From Patescibacteria group bacterium UBA5147 (GTDB lineage Bacteria > Patescibacteriota > Saccharimonadia > UBA4664), in assembly GCA_002415345.1 (NCBI GenBank), contig DHXV01000002.1:76155-140154 (forward strand): 64,000 nucleotides of DNA, in the 5' to 3' direction. The notes below the pieces were generated by a model. It worked only from the letters and a program-made list of their open reading frames with translations. It did not search any database and had not been told where the DNA came from. The position numbers were made by a program, and so were the translations under genes. Below are positions 1-12,113 of the stretch, in pieces (the stretch's first letter is position 1; each line of letters opens with the position of its first letter).

Positions 1-1051
1 TTAGACCGGTAGTGTTACCGGACAGGTGGACGCAGATTGCGGCAAGTCCCAGCAGGAGAGCTGCACCGAGGGAAATGGCCGCCGACATCAGGCTCAGGTA
101 AGTGATGCGGTATCCATGGACGCTATCGGCGGTATCGCTCATTCCCTTGATGAAGGGCATGGAATATCCGGTGGTGGCAATTTCATTGGTGATGTTTAGG
201 GCCGCTACTCCCGGAACGTTGGTAATGAACGAGCGCAGGAGGTGGACGCTGCTGTTGGCTAGCACACTCAGTCCCAAGAGCTCTCCGCCACGCCGATTAT
301 CGATAAGGAGGCCGAACACCCGTGCTGATATCACAGCGCTCACCAGTGTAATCGAAGACAGCGCTCCAACTTGCGCGTAAACGGCTGTCCCTGACCCGGC
401 CAGAACGATAATTGCGATGAAGAGGGACCACAGCGGTCCCGACGCCCCGAAATCGACGCCGGCCGCCGCTTGGGAAATCAGGTTGCGCCGGATGTGCCGC
501 AACTGCAGGCCCTTCATTTTCAGGACTTGACGGGTAGGAACCGGTTCCGGGGTAAAAAAGAGCGGTGCGGCAGCAATAATAAAGATTCCAGCGGCCACGA
601 CCATAGTAAACTGCGGGCCGAATAAACTCGCCGCAACGCCTCCGACCAGGGGACTCAAAGTCATCCCGATCTTGGTCATGATATAGAGGAAGCCCAGCTC
701 TTTGCCTTCATGGTCCAGGGCCTTGATCTTGGAAAAGTTAACGTTTGAACTGATATCATATAGCGTAACTGAAAGTCCTTGAAAAACCCCGGCAATAATC
801 AGTGAGGCGATGCCGAGCTGTGGCAGGGCGGCCAACACCAAGAGCGAGGGCACGTATAGTAGGTTACTGATCAGCGTACCGTGTTTTGGACCGATTCGGG
901 CCACCATATGAGCAGCGGGCCACACGAACAGGGCTCGAAACAAGTAATACAGACAAAAGTAACCCAGCGTGAATTCAACGCTGTAGCCGGTCCGTATCAA
1001 ATAAATCGCGATGAAGACGGAAATCATGCCTACGGCCAAGGCCCTAAGCAT
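1..1051 (-). CDS. Polytopic membrane transporter (MFS-like), C-terminus truncated by window edge
   Basis: Continuous minus-strand reading frame runs off position 1, which is why it is missing from the ORF track. Spot translations are hydrophobic and membrane-like (e.g. LSPLVGGVAASLFGPQFTM at ~600-660; RIGPKHGTLISNLLYVPSL at ~840-900). In-frame ATG at 1051 (MLRALAVG...) and upstream stop at 1187-1189; a TTG near 1117 is an alternative start. Confidence 0.45.
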   Translation of the reverse strand, partial: MLRALAVGMISVFIAIYLIRTGYSVEFTLGYFCLYYLFRALFVWPAAHMVARIGPKHGTLISNLLYVPSLLVLAALPQLGIASLIIAGVFQGLSVTLYDISSNVNFSKIKALDHEGKELGFLYIMTKIGMTLSPLVGGVAASLFGPQFTMVVAAGIFIIAAAPLFFTPEPVPTRQVLKMKGLQLRHIRRNLISQAAAGVDFGASGPLWSLFIAIIVLAGSGTAVYAQVGALSSITLVSAVISARVFGLLIDNRRGGELLGLSVLANSSVHLLRSFITNVPGVAALNITNEIATTGYSMPFIKGMSDTADSVHGYRITYLSLMSAAISLGAALLLGLAAICVHLSGNTTGL

Positions 1052-1304
1052 TCGCGTGGCATATAACTCAGCGATTTCACTAAAATCGGCAGCTCGCCAG
1101 AAATGACGCTTCAACAATAGGCGATGGATTAATCGGGTGAGCAAAACGGACTCCGGTAGGTCAGCTGATAGTATCTGTCTATTCCATCATAACCGTAAGC
1201 TTTATACAAATGGATATTGCCACTGATTGTCCAAGATGAAACCCGCCACAAGCGGTGGAGGATTCCATCGTTCGTGGCGGGCGTTTGGCAATTACTTGCG
1301 CTGG

Positions 1305-1754
1305 CTACATGAGCTCGTCGAATCCTTCTAAGGTGTCGCGCAGCTCGTGCTCATCGACGAGCCGATGGGCCAGATGAGTCCAGTTGGTGGTGAAGAGAAC
1401 CTCGGAACTCTTGTTGGGTGTTGATCTTGCGGCCTCAACTCTGAGGCCTAATGAGGCGGATCCGATCGCTTTGATGAGCTCAGCGAAGTGTATTCGCATC
1501 ACTATGCCGCGGTTGTCTTTGCCGCCGATTCGGTTGTCGAGGACATAGTCGGCAAGACTTTGAAAGCGCGACGCCGCGTGGTAAAGCTTATTCAGCACGT
1601 TACTAGGCGTAAAAGGATGCGCCAGGTCCCAAGTCATGAGGTAATCTGATAACTCAGGGGACTCATCGACAGCGTAGCCGAATTTATGTTCGGCTCTCAT
1701 AACGTCAGCATAGGCAACCAGTGGGCTGAACGTTTGGGTCATCGGAAGGTTCAT
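1305..1754 (-). CDS. Hypothetical protein (possible DinB-like fold; motif YLMTWDLAHP)
   Basis: ORF 1305..1835. Internal Met at 1754 (MNLPMTQTF) preferred as start; the N-terminal extension lies in AT-rich sequence. Weak resemblance to the HTWDLA motif of the 9816 gene. Confidence 0.35.
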   Translation of the reverse strand: MNLPMTQTFSPLVAYADVMRAEHKFGYAVDESPELSDYLMTWDLAHPFTPSNVLNKLYHAASRFQSLADYVLDNRIGGKDNRGIVMRIHFAELIKAIGSASLGLRVEAARSTPNKSSEVLFTTNWTHLAHRLVDEHELRDTLEGFDELM

Positions 1755-1951
1755 GTCAATATCCAAATCGTTGCAGGGAATTGGGTTGCTTGTCCGGGTC
1801 GTGGGATAAATCCTGCGAATGGGGCAGTTATACAATTAAACTATATTTCTGTAAAAAAAGCAACAAAACATTCTTAACCTTTGTCTCGAATTACGTCATG
1901 GTCACGATAAAACCCGCCACTGGCGGTGACGGGTTCATCGCTGGTGGCGGG

Positions 1952-2533
1952 TTAGGGGACGTAGAGGATTGATCGGCTGGTGTTGAGATCGAGCCCGACG
2001 AACGGAGCCATCCTGGCCTCTCTGAACGATATCCAAGCGTCGTCATCCAGCGATCGCCCTACGGTGAAGCCCGGCTCTAGAGTTACCAGGCGTATCTGGC
2101 CGCAATCTTCGAGACGGACGCTGCGCGCCTTTGGGTGCGTCCCTAGCTTTGTCAGGTTGTCGTCCAGTTCCAACACGAGGAACTTGGTTGTGCGTAGTTC
2201 ACGGATAGTTTGGACAAGGCCCAATTGCAGCAACCGGTGGCGGTTCCTGCTGGAACGTTTGTAATTAAGCCAGATACAGCCTAGAACGATGAACAGAACA
2301 ACAAAGGTGAGGTTCCAGATATGATCAAAGCTGTATTTAGCAGCTAGCACGATGGAAAGCAGAATAATGACCCCGACTACCGGCATTTGCAGGGAGTCAT
2401 TGTCAGGATTGGCTCGTAGTACTTCTGCCAACCGTACGTCATAAAACGCCGGGTCGATAGTGGGCCGTTGGGAGCTTGGAGATTTGTTAGCCTCCACGCT
2501 TCCCTGATTGGATGCGTTGGTCGAGGTATTCAT
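1952..2533 (-). CDS. Membrane protein with two TM helices and PH-like C-terminal domain (hypothetical)
   Basis: ORF 193 aa; hydrophobic stretches VVGVIILLSIVLAAKY and LTFVVLFIVLGCIWL; no conserved catalytic motif seen. Confidence 0.4.
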   Translation of the reverse strand: MNTSTNASNQGSVEANKSPSSQRPTIDPAFYDVRLAEVLRANPDNDSLQMPVVGVIILLSIVLAAKYSFDHIWNLTFVVLFIVLGCIWLNYKRSSRNRHRLLQLGLVQTIRELRTTKFLVLELDDNLTKLGTHPKARSVRLEDCGQIRLVTLEPGFTVGRSLDDDAWISFREARMAPFVGLDLNTSRSILYVP

Positions 2534-2638
2534 GGTGCAATCCTTTCGCAGGAGGGTGGGGTAACGCGCGAAAAGTCTATCTGCATATTATAGCAAATCG
2601 CGAGTGCTTTGTCAAATAGCCAATTCAGCTGAGCTTAC

Positions 2639-2667
2639 TTGAAAAAGAGCTCACAATCGGGTAATAT
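2639..2667 (+). promoter_or_regulatory. Sigma70-like promoter upstream of fusA (TTGAAA-17-TAATAT)
   Basis: -35 TTGAAA at 2639-2644, 17-nt spacer, -10 TAATAT at 2662-2667; 72 nt upstream of the fusA ATG. Confidence 0.35.
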
Positions 2668-2739
2668 TAAGGTAATCAGTGCGGTTAGCGCTGTTTTCTT
2701 TTGCGCCAAGTTAAATATAAGTGGAATCAATAACGAATC

Positions 2740-4821
<2,082 letters not shown>

Positions 4822-4837
4822 GGCCTATCTCAATTAA

Positions 4838-4863
4838 AAGGCCCGCTTCGGCGGGCCCTTTTG
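4838..4863 (+). terminator. Intrinsic terminator after fusA
   Basis: GGCCCGC-ttcg-GCGGGCC followed by CTTTTG. Confidence 0.75.
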
Positions 4864-5446
4864 TTAATAGACTTATGCTTGCAAGCTCTTTGACCAGCTA
4901 TTACACTGATTTCACGTCTAATTGATACGAATTGAGTTAGAAGTTCTTTTTTAAGCCACGCCAATAAAGGCAGCTCAGCGAGGCTGCATTGGCGGTACAC
5001 CCGCGGCTCGTTCTCCGCTCTTGTTCATACCAAGAGCGTACGCGACCGCAACCGGCTCCTAGGGTGGCCGGTATCTCGCGAGGACGTGAATTAGTAGGGG
5101 GTCGGTCCCCCGAGCATTCAGACGTTATGCGAGAGCGGTGGGTGCGGTTCGGACCATAAACAGGCGCACGGCGCAGCTGTAGTGCCCCGTCTGTTGGTTC
5201 GTTCCGCATCCACCTTGAACTTGGCTGCTCGCCAGAGCTGCCGTATGACTGCCGGAACGGCTTGGTACAATTCCCTGAGCCGAGTCGTTCCGGCACAACC
5301 CGTCGGGCGGCGGCGCACACCGAGGTGTCCCCCGCCCTGCTGCAGTTCTTGGAGCTGTAACTCCGAGGATAGTCGCCGTCCGGCCCATACCTTCATTGCC
5401 CTCTGCTGTTACAGCGGAGGGTTTCCTAGTTTAAGACCCCAGCCCT

Positions 5447-5475
5447 TTACAATTCGGGCGTAATTTGCCTATAAT
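5447..5475 (+). promoter_or_regulatory. Sigma70-like promoter for tuf (TTACAA-17-TATAAT)
   Basis: -35 TTACAA 5447-5452, 17-nt spacer, consensus -10 TATAAT 5470-5475; implies ~155 nt 5' leader. Confidence 0.45.
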
Positions 5476-5638
5476 ACGTAGGTCTGAAAGCGGACGATAT
5501 TTTTTTATTGTCCAAGCAAATATAAGGTTAACTATCCGGTTCTATGGCAGATAGCTGATGCGGCGCCTCACGGCACTAGCCGCTTTAAGGCCCACGGCCA
5601 CATTATCCATCTGGAATAGAACTAAAAAAGGAGTACGA

Positions 5639-6820
5639 ATGGCAACATTTGAGCGTAACAAGCCGCATCTTAACGTCGGTACCATGGGTCACGTCGACCA
5701 CGGCAAGACCACCCTCACCGCGGCTATCACAATGGTTCTGGCTAAGCATTTCCCATCAGACATCAACAAGGCCGTAAATTACGACCAGATCGACAATGCT
5801 CCTGAAGAGCGCTTGCGCGGTATTACCATCGCTACTTCCCACCAGGAGTACGAGAGCGAGAAGCGTCACTACGCCCACGTCGACATGCCAGGTCACGCCG
5901 ACTACGTCAAGAACATGATTACCGGTGCCGCTCAGATTGACGGTGCTATCCTCGTAGTTTCCGCCGCCGACGGCCCGATGCCTCAGACCCGCGAGCACAT
6001 TCTGCTAGCCAAGCAGGTTGGTGTTCCTTCGGTCCTCGTCTTCATGAACAAGATGGACATGGCCGACCCGGAGCTCGCCGAGCTAGTTGAGATGGAAATC
6101 CGCGAACTGCTCGAAAAGAACGGTTTCGACGAGAATGCCCCGATTATCAGCGGTTCCGCTCTTAAGGCCGTCGAAGGCGACGCCGATGCTGAGGCCAAGA
6201 TCCTCGAGCTGGTCAAGGCCATGGATGACTACTTCACCGACCCCGTCCGCGAAACCTCCAAGCCGTTCCTCATGCCGATCGAAGACGTCTTCTCAATCAA
6301 GGGCCGTGGAACCGTTGCTACCGGCCGTATCGAGCAGGGTGTCGTCAAAGTTAACGACTCGGTTGAAATCGTGGGTATCCGCCCAACCAAGACCACGACC
6401 GTAACCGGCGTCGAGATGTTCAAGAAATTGCTTCCTGACGCTCAGGCCGGTGACAACGTCGGAGCCTTGCTCCGCGGAATTGAGCGAACTGATATCGAGC
6501 GCGGCCAGGTTCTGGCTAAGCCCGGTTCGGTTACCCCGCACACCGACTTTGACGCTGAAGTCTACGTCCTGAGCAAAGACGAGGGCGGCCGCCACACCCC
6601 ATTCTTCAAGGGCTACAAGCCTCAGTTTTACATCCGCACCACTGACGTCACGGGTGCCGTAACTCTGCCGGAAGGTGTCGAGATGGTTATGCCAGGCGAC
6701 ACAATCAAGATGAAAGTTGAGCTTATTGCTCCAATCGCCATGGAAGAAGGCCTCCGCTTCGCTATCCGCGAAGGCGGCCGTACCGTTGGCGCTGGTGTCG
6801 TAACCAAAATCAACAAGTAG
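5639..6820 (+). CDS. tuf: Elongation factor Tu
   Basis: 394 aa from the ATG at 5639 (RBS AAAAAGGAG 7 nt upstream); [21 protein letters not shown] motifs. The ORF-track 5' extension (5558) is not supported. Confidence 0.97.
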   Translation: MATFERNKPHLNVGTMGHVDHGKTTLTAAITMVLAKHFPSDINKAVNYDQIDNAPEERLRGITIATSHQEYESEKRHYAHVDMPGHADYVKNMITGAAQIDGAILVVSAADGPMPQTREHILLAKQVGVPSVLVFMNKMDMADPELAELVEMEIRELLEKNGFDENAPIISGSALKAVEGDADAEAKILELVKAMDDYFTDPVRETSKPFLMPIEDVFSIKGRGTVATGRIEQGVVKVNDSVEIVGIRPTKTTTVTGVEMFKKLLPDAQAGDNVGALLRGIERTDIERGQVLAKPGSVTPHTDFDAEVYVLSKDEGGRHTPFFKGYKPQFYIRTTDVTGAVTLPEGVEMVMPGDTIKMKVELIAPIAMEEGLRFAIREGGRTVGAGVVTKINK

Positions 6821-6836
6821 TTTGACCACTACCGAT

Positions 6837-6866
6837 AAAAGAGCGGGCTTCGGCCCGCTCTTTTGT
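6837..6866 (+). terminator. Intrinsic terminator after tuf
   Basis: GAGCGGGC-ttcg-GCCCGCTC followed by TTTTGTT. Confidence 0.8.
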
Positions 6867-6891
6867 TGAGAGATCCAGCCGATAAGCATTC

Positions 6892-6920
6892 TTGTCAATT
6901 ATGACTATTAAGGTTATAAT
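6892..6920 (+). promoter_or_regulatory. Sigma70-like promoter for rpsJ (TTGTCA-17-TATAAT)
   Basis: -35 TTGTCA 6892-6897, 17-nt spacer, -10 TATAAT 6915-6920; ~88 nt leader to rpsJ. Confidence 0.45.
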
Positions 6921-7007
6921 CGCACCATTACCATTTAATTTGTACCGAGAACTCATCCGGTTAAACCCCGCGAAGAGGTTACGGTATCGCACCAGGAGAC
7001 CCAGTAC

Positions 7008-7340
7008 ATGGCAACAGCCGCCGATAAGACCCCCGAGAAGCAACGAATTCGTATTCGCCTTAAGGCTTATGACTCAAAAGTCATCGACCAGAGCGCCAAG
7101 CAGATCATCGACACCGCAATCCGCACGGGAGCCAAAGTAGCCGGCCCCATTCCGCTGCCGACCGAGCGCAACTCAATGACCGTGCTCCGCTCGCCCCACG
7201 TCTACAAGGACGCCCGTGAACAGTTCGAAATGCGCACCCACAAGCGCCTCATCGACATCACCGAGCCAACCCCCAAGACCATCGACGCCCTGATGAACCT
7301 CAACCTGCCGGCAGGTGTGGACATCGAAATTAAGATGTAA
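7008..7340 (+). CDS. rpsJ: 30S ribosomal protein S10
   Basis: 110 aa; [11 protein letters not shown]...[25 protein letters not shown] is typical S10. Confidence 0.95.
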   Translation: MATAADKTPEKQRIRIRLKAYDSKVIDQSAKQIIDTAIRTGAKVAGPIPLPTERNSMTVLRSPHVYKDAREQFEMRTHKRLIDITEPTPKTIDALMNLNLPAGVDIEIKM

Positions 7341-7347
7341 TCTTACT

Positions 7348-7376
7348 TAAAAGCTCCGCTTAGGCGGAGCTTTTAA
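7348..7376 (+). terminator. Intrinsic terminator immediately after rpsJ
   Basis: AGCTCCGC-ttag-GCGGAGCT followed by TTT. It separates rpsJ from the downstream genes. Confidence 0.7.
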
Positions 7377-7391
7377 GTAAACTGGGAATAA

Positions 7392-8177
7392 ATGAAACAC
7401 CTTTCAAAGGTAACACGATTCACATATAGGCATCCGACTACTAGCGTTGTGGCAATCCTTATCGTATTTAGTGCGCTTTTCTTATACCTAGGTTTTCACA
7501 CGGCAGTCCATGCAAATCCAGCTGACCTCTATATCAACTTAGCGGCAGGTGGTATATTTTCCATCTTCGCATTACTATTTATTGAACTTTTTAGGGATAG
7601 ACAGCGCAGCTTTAGCGGCAAGGAGGGGCGTTTTGCCGCTACATCGGATGCTAATAGAATGAGCAGAATGCTTGTTGAGTGGGCAGCGGGAAACTTCGGC
7701 GAGTCAGTGCTCACTTACAAGATCGATCCAAATAATGAAGATATTTCTCGGAATCAAAATGCGATAGTGATGTCACAAAAAATGATGGCTCTATCAATGA
7801 TTAATGCTTTACGAGAATTTAGTCCAGGCAAATGGCAAATTCTACGTGATAACCTTATTGGGCTGAAAGGGCAGGTTAATGAATTCGCCGAGTACTATAA
7901 GGAGATGACCCCATTAGATGTTTATGGCAAATATCTGGAGGTAAGGCGATTGCACATGGGTATGGTTACGAGCTTTGCCCCGAACCCATTTAGCGATCTG
8001 CTCACGAAACCTGAGGATGAATGGGCTCATAACAAGTATGGTGTTGTTTATATGCGTCAACTTCGTGAAAACCAGTTAACTCAAATGGCTGAGATGTACG
8101 AGAAGTACATTTCGTCGCTAGTCAGCTTTCATCTGGCTGTAGTCTGCTGGTTTGACTTGGAGGATGGCCGCAAATAG
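7392..8177 (+). CDS. Hypothetical membrane-anchored protein (AT-rich gene)
   Basis: 261 aa; two N-terminal TM helices; local GC is clearly lower than the flanks; no recognisable domain. Confidence 0.4.
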   Translation: MKHLSKVTRFTYRHPTTSVVAILIVFSALFLYLGFHTAVHANPADLYINLAAGGIFSIFALLFIELFRDRQRSFSGKEGRFAATSDANRMSRMLVEWAAGNFGESVLTYKIDPNNEDISRNQNAIVMSQKMMALSMINALREFSPGKWQILRDNLIGLKGQVNEFAEYYKEMTPLDVYGKYLEVRRLHMGMVTSFAPNPFSDLLTKPEDEWAHNKYGVVYMRQLRENQLTQMAEMYEKYISSLVSFHLAVVCWFDLEDGRK

Positions 8178-8229
8178 CAAATCTAACTTTAGATTTGGTT
8201 CACGGGCATAGTGCCTGTTAATCTTCTGA

Positions 8230-8817
8230 TTAAATAAGAGGTGGCTCTGTGATTGTGTCTGTGATAGTCGCGTGTAAGTGTTGGGCGGAGGCCTGATATT
8301 TGCTTGGAGCGATTACAATGAGACGCTGCGCAAGAGGCAGATACAGCGCCCTGGTTTCTTCGTTTTTACGGATTTGCTTGGCTGGGCTGCATGAACCTAG
8401 CGTTCGCTGGTTATGCAGCCGGTCCGACAGCTTAATGATAAGCGTCTGCCAATCAGCCTTTTCTAATCCTGCGTAATAGTTGACCCCCGACTGCTTGGTA
8501 AGCAGGTCAAGACGGTCGGCGACTTCATCGCCGAAATTCACGCGTACCCGGTGGTCACTTAAGAGGAAGGTGTCTTCGCGCACGTCGTGGAGCAGGGCGG
8601 TAATGATGATTTTCTCATCGTAGACGTGCAACTCATCGATGAGGATCATCGCGACGGCCTTGGGGTGCTCAAAGTACCTCTCACCGCTGGAACGGGTTTG
8701 GCCGCGGTGGGCGTATTTGCTGAAGATGTAGGCTGCTTCGACAGCTTCCAACTCCAGGTGTGACATTGTAGGCGCGAGTCGGGCTAAAAATTCTGGTCGT
8801 CCGATTTTGTGGGTCAT
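8230..8817 (-). CDS. HD-domain (p)ppGpp hydrolase, SpoT/Mesh1-like small alarmone hydrolase
   Basis: Start ATG at 8817 with AAGGAG RBS. HD motif ALLHDVREDT and EHP... typical of the RelA/SpoT hydrolase domain. ~195 aa with no synthetase domain. Confidence 0.65.
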   Translation of the reverse strand: MTHKIGRPEFLARLAPTMSHLELEAVEAAYIFSKYAHRGQTRSSGERYFEHPKAVAMILIDELHVYDEKIIITALLHDVREDTFLLSDHRVRVNFGDEVADRLDLLTKQSGVNYYAGLEKADWQTLIIKLSDRLHNQRTLGSCSPAKQIRKNEETRALYLPLAQRLIVIAPSKYQASAQHLHATITDTITEPPLI

Positions 8818-8950
8818 GATATTCTCCTTGCCTTCGTTTCTCCGGAATCGAAAAAGAATAAAAAAGGCGGCTTGGAACAAGGAACGATTCCTTGTAGTAG
8901 CCGCAATAGACGCCTGATGGCCGCTGTCCTAATACAATGTGATTATAACA

Positions 8951-9358
8951 TTATGTGGCGTTACTAGCAATCGGCGGTGTCGGGTTTTCCTGTAAGAGTT
9001 CGAAATGAATCGCCAAGACCCCGTATTCAGCTTCTTCGGTAGCTGGGTATATGCCGCGATAAATTGTTATTCCGTCTGCAATGGATTTGGTACGCGGTAA
9101 CACTTGTTCCAGCCCGGTTAGCATAAGCATTCTTTCGAATGTCGGGAATGAGTCAACGAAAGTGATTTTCAATAGCGCACGGTTGGGAATTTCGCGAACC
9201 GTACCGTCTGGCAGCGTGACGTCCTCGCGTAAGTATATTAGATCACCTGGTTGGTACTGGCTGAACTTACCGCGATTGAGCCGACCTTCGACGGTCTTGG
9301 CTCCGGCTAGGATGTCGTTGATATATTCGGTCGAACGGCCAGCTTCAAAGATTTGCAT
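8951..9358 (-). CDS. ASCH-domain protein
   Basis: 135 aa; MQIFEAG...KTVEGRLNRGKF...GDLIYL resembles ASCH/PUA-like beta-barrel proteins. Confidence 0.55.
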   Translation of the reverse strand: MQIFEAGRSTEYINDILAGAKTVEGRLNRGKFSQYQPGDLIYLREDVTLPDGTVREIPNRALLKITFVDSFPTFERMLMLTGLEQVLPRTKSIADGITIYRGIYPATEEAEYGVLAIHFELLQENPTPPIASNAT

Positions 9359-9390
9359 TAGATTAGTATAACAAATATACGCAATGAAAG

Positions 9391-9418
9391 GGCCCTGTCG
9401 CTGTTAAGCGACAGGGCC
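9391..9418 (-). terminator. Perfect 11-bp hairpin (GGCCCTGTCGC/GCGACAGGGCC); likely terminator of the 9431..9646 gene
   Basis: Hairpin lies 12 nt downstream of the minus-strand stop, followed on the minus strand by CCTTTCATT. Confidence 0.5.
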
Positions 9419-9430
9419 GGGGTGGATGGG

Positions 9431-9646
9431 TTATTTACTCCCCTTGATGAAGAAGATTGTGCGGGCCTGTTCGCCGGGTTCGGGGTGGTGGCAGGTTTCG
9501 TGCGCGGTCGCAAAGTTCTGAAGGCAAACCTGGCGGTTGATCTCGAAGTTGTAGACATAGCCTGTGCCTGCCGTGAACAGGGAAAAAAATGCAAAGAGCG
9601 CGACCCAGAAGGATCGCGAGGGTCGTATCATCGCTTTCCGGGACAT
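9431..9646 (-). CDS. Small secreted/membrane protein (hypothetical)
   Basis: 71 aa; N-terminal hydrophobic signal-like segment WVALFAFFSLFTAG; followed by the hairpin terminator. Confidence 0.3.
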   Translation of the reverse strand: MSRKAMIRPSRSFWVALFAFFSLFTAGTGYVYNFEINRQVCLQNFATAHETCHHPEPGEQARTIFFIKGSK

Positions 9647-9815
9647 GAGAGCTCCAATGTCGAAGGTTCGGGACTGAAGATATTATATAACGTTTATGAT
9701 TGGAAGTCATTCTTTGTGGTCAGTACTTGCTGAATAGATTTGATGGATTGCATATGGCAAAAGAGGGCTATTTGGAGTAGAAATGACGCATAATCCCTTA
9801 AGCGAGGAATAAGCA

Positions 9816-10391
9816 ATGACTGAACTCGAAGCTTTCAAACGGGCGGACGCCTGTTTTCTGGCCGTATTAGGTAAGGTTGGCGAGCACCAATGGAAGGATC
9901 CTACACCGAACCCAGGGTGGAGTGTGACCGACTTGGCGGGGCATATTATGGAGGGAATCGTCTGGGTGGGGCACGTACTGTTAGGAGCGAGTATTGCGGC
10001 GGCCGGTGACAAATTCAGCGGCGACCTGTTGGGTGACGATCCTAAGGCTGCTGCGGAGCGGGCCTGCCGTGAGGCGGAAGCGGCCATAGATAAGACGGGC
10101 GACCTGGAAGCCATAGTGCATCTAAGCTATGGAGACGTCCCCGCCCGGACCTATTTGCGGCAGCAGATAATCGATATCACGATTCATACTTGGGACCTGG
10201 CGCGGGGCATTGGCGTCGACGAAAAATTAGACTCGGACCTGGTTGCCATAGTTTATGACTGGTTTGCGCCCGAAGCGGAGGGCTGGCGCGAAGCAGGCCT
10301 GCTGAAGCCAGCCGTTCCGGTTCCCGCCGATGCCGACCTCCAAACCAGGCTGCTCGCTTTATCAGGCCGCCAAGCCGTAATGGCGGATTAG
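9816..10391 (+). CDS. DinB-like protein, TIGR03086 / mycothiol-maleylpyruvate-isomerase N-terminal domain family
   Basis: 191 aa; motifs GWSVTDLAGHI and IHTWDLARG are typical of this family. Confidence 0.55.
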   Translation: MTELEAFKRADACFLAVLGKVGEHQWKDPTPNPGWSVTDLAGHIMEGIVWVGHVLLGASIAAAGDKFSGDLLGDDPKAAAERACREAEAAIDKTGDLEAIVHLSYGDVPARTYLRQQIIDITIHTWDLARGIGVDEKLDSDLVAIVYDWFAPEAEGWREAGLLKPAVPVPADADLQTRLLALSGRQAVMAD

Positions 10392-10494
10392 GTATATTAT
10401 GGGAGGACAGTATAGGAAACCCCGCCATGCATGAATCAAAGACCCTTATCCTCGCCTGCCGCCAGCCCGACGGAACATATGATGGTAAAAAAGT

Positions 10495-11058
10495 ATGACG
10501 ACAGTCTATTTCGATTATGCTTGCGAATATACCTACCGTCTCCAACGACTTTTGGATATGGCCGACGTTCAGGCGGACTGGCAACCTTTTTCTCTGGCGC
10601 AGGCCAAACGGGGGGAAACCGAAACTCCGGTTTGGAATCTTGCGGGTAGCGACCTTCCTGTGAGTGTGTTAGCCCTGGCCGGTCATGAATTTGTCAAAGC
10701 CCAGGGCGGTCCGGGTATCAAAGCTTACCGCCAGGAAGTCTCGCATTTGTTCCATGAAGTCGGCCACGAGCCTGACGCCGGCCAAATCTGGCATTTGGTT
10801 GAGAAGTTTACGGGTTACGCTAAAGCCGACCTCGATCTTGAGGGAGCGCTGGAGCGGGTTAAAACCAGTCATGAGTTAGCCGAAGCCAAACGGGTGTTCG
10901 ATACCCCGACGCTGTTTATCGACGAGAGCGACAAGCCGTACTTTATCCGGCTGGAGGCGATTCCCGAAACGCCACAGGCCGCTAAAGCCCTCTGGAAGTC
11001 GCTGCCAAAATCAGCCCATCATTTTCCGCGACCGATAACTATTGAGGCGGTGGACTAG
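10495..11058 (+). CDS. DsbA-like thioredoxin-fold protein (Rv2466c-like)
   Basis: 187 aa; N-terminal VYFDYACEYTYRL resembles the DSBA-like thioredoxin domain with a CxxT/CxxC-variant active site. Confidence 0.5.
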   Translation: MTTVYFDYACEYTYRLQRLLDMADVQADWQPFSLAQAKRGETETPVWNLAGSDLPVSVLALAGHEFVKAQGGPGIKAYRQEVSHLFHEVGHEPDAGQIWHLVEKFTGYAKADLDLEGALERVKTSHELAEAKRVFDTPTLFIDESDKPYFIRLEAIPETPQAAKALWKSLPKSAHHFPRPITIEAVD

Positions 11059-11154
11059 CAGGGGATTCAAGTTAATAGTCCGCAACATTTGGAGCTCTGC
11101 CCAATTAGTCTGTCGGCTATCTTATTTATGATGGTGTGGTAAGAGGAGAAGACG

Positions 11155-11427
11155 ATGCAATACACCGATACCAATGAGTATCTGCGGAGAATACTTATGC
11201 TTGAAGAGGTAGTACAACACCATCCGAAAATAATGGAGGCCGTGACCGATGGTGATAGAGTAATGTTGCAGCGGTATTTCCTCGGAGCAACTACGGCCGT
11301 TGATGTTACCGAGTATCGGCGTCAGGTAATAAAATCCGACCCCAAAATTGAAATTCAGGCAAACAAGGCCTACGAACGTTTTATGGCCGAAGCCGGCATG
11401 TCGGAGACTTTACTGCCTGTTCGATAG
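11155..11427 (+). CDS. Hypothetical protein
   Basis: 90-aa ORF in a compact intergenic slot; no domain recognised. Confidence 0.3.
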   Translation: MQYTDTNEYLRRILMLEEVVQHHPKIMEAVTDGDRVMLQRYFLGATTAVDVTEYRRQVIKSDPKIEIQANKAYERFMAEAGMSETLLPVR

Positions 11428-11520
11428 TATTGACACGATAACGAACGCCACCCGAAAGGGTGGCGTTTTCGTTTTGACGCAGTAAACCCCCGGAATCGAG
11501 GACCTACCGTGAGCCGGGGC

Positions 11521-11949
11521 TCAAGTTGATCTGGTTTTCCGGGGGCTAATTGGGATGTTCGGCACTAGGACGAACAGCGGACTGAGTTGGCCGGTGAAGC
11601 AGACGGTTGATGGGAATTCAACCTTCCGTTCAATAACTCGGCGTTGCTTCGGAGTAAATAGCATGCGATCGCGTTCGCCACGGTGCGCCTTTAAGAAAAA
11701 GGTTTTCCCTGACAAAAAGAGCACAGCTAATCCAAAGGACCGTTGAAGTACCAGACTTCCAGCGGTTGGGCTGGATAACTGCCGGATGACCGACAATACG
11801 TCTGCATCGTCGATCCCGACAAGACTTACCTCAGTTTGTTGTTTAAGGTAGGCGACCGCAAGTGCGTCAAGAATTCTGGATTTATCAAGCTCGGCCTGAG
11901 CGGCGAATTCTTGCTCGTAGGTCCGGTTGGGCCGGGTAATAGTTATCAC
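11521..11949 (-). CDS. Hypothetical protein
   Basis: 142-aa ORF; no domain recognised. Confidence 0.3.
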   Translation of the reverse strand: MITITRPNRTYEQEFAAQAELDKSRILDALAVAYLKQQTEVSLVGIDDADVLSVIRQLSSPTAGSLVLQRSFGLAVLFLSGKTFFLKAHRGERDRMLFTPKQRRVIERKVEFPSTVCFTGQLSPLFVLVPNIPISPRKTRST

Positions 11950-12113
11950 CGAATCTCATTTCATTTTCGGAGGACAGGGGCTACCGAGATTGCAGTTCGC
12001 AATCTGAGCATGGTTACAAATGTTAGCACGGGAGGGTATCTCTGTCAATAGTGACAATTAATTCCAACAGATATAAAACGAACACTTACCGAACGCCATG
12101 ATATACTATTACT

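Noticed and set aside
4937-5463. Four mutually overlapping ORFs (both strands) in the fusA-tuf spacer
   Set aside because: They overlap one another in different frames, are Arg/Pro/Gly-rich, and none has a plausible RBS. The region is better explained as non-coding structured RNA or a decayed gene.
5558-5638. 27-codon in-frame extension upstream of tuf
   Set aside because: The conserved EF-Tu N-terminus begins at the ATG at 5639, preceded by a strong AAAAAGGAG RBS. The extension overlaps the predicted promoter and leader.
5756-6898. Antisense ORFs within tuf (5756..5998, 5983..6222, 6229..6423, 6293..6898, 6628..6816)
   Set aside because: Embedded in the EF-Tu coding frame; compositional artefacts.
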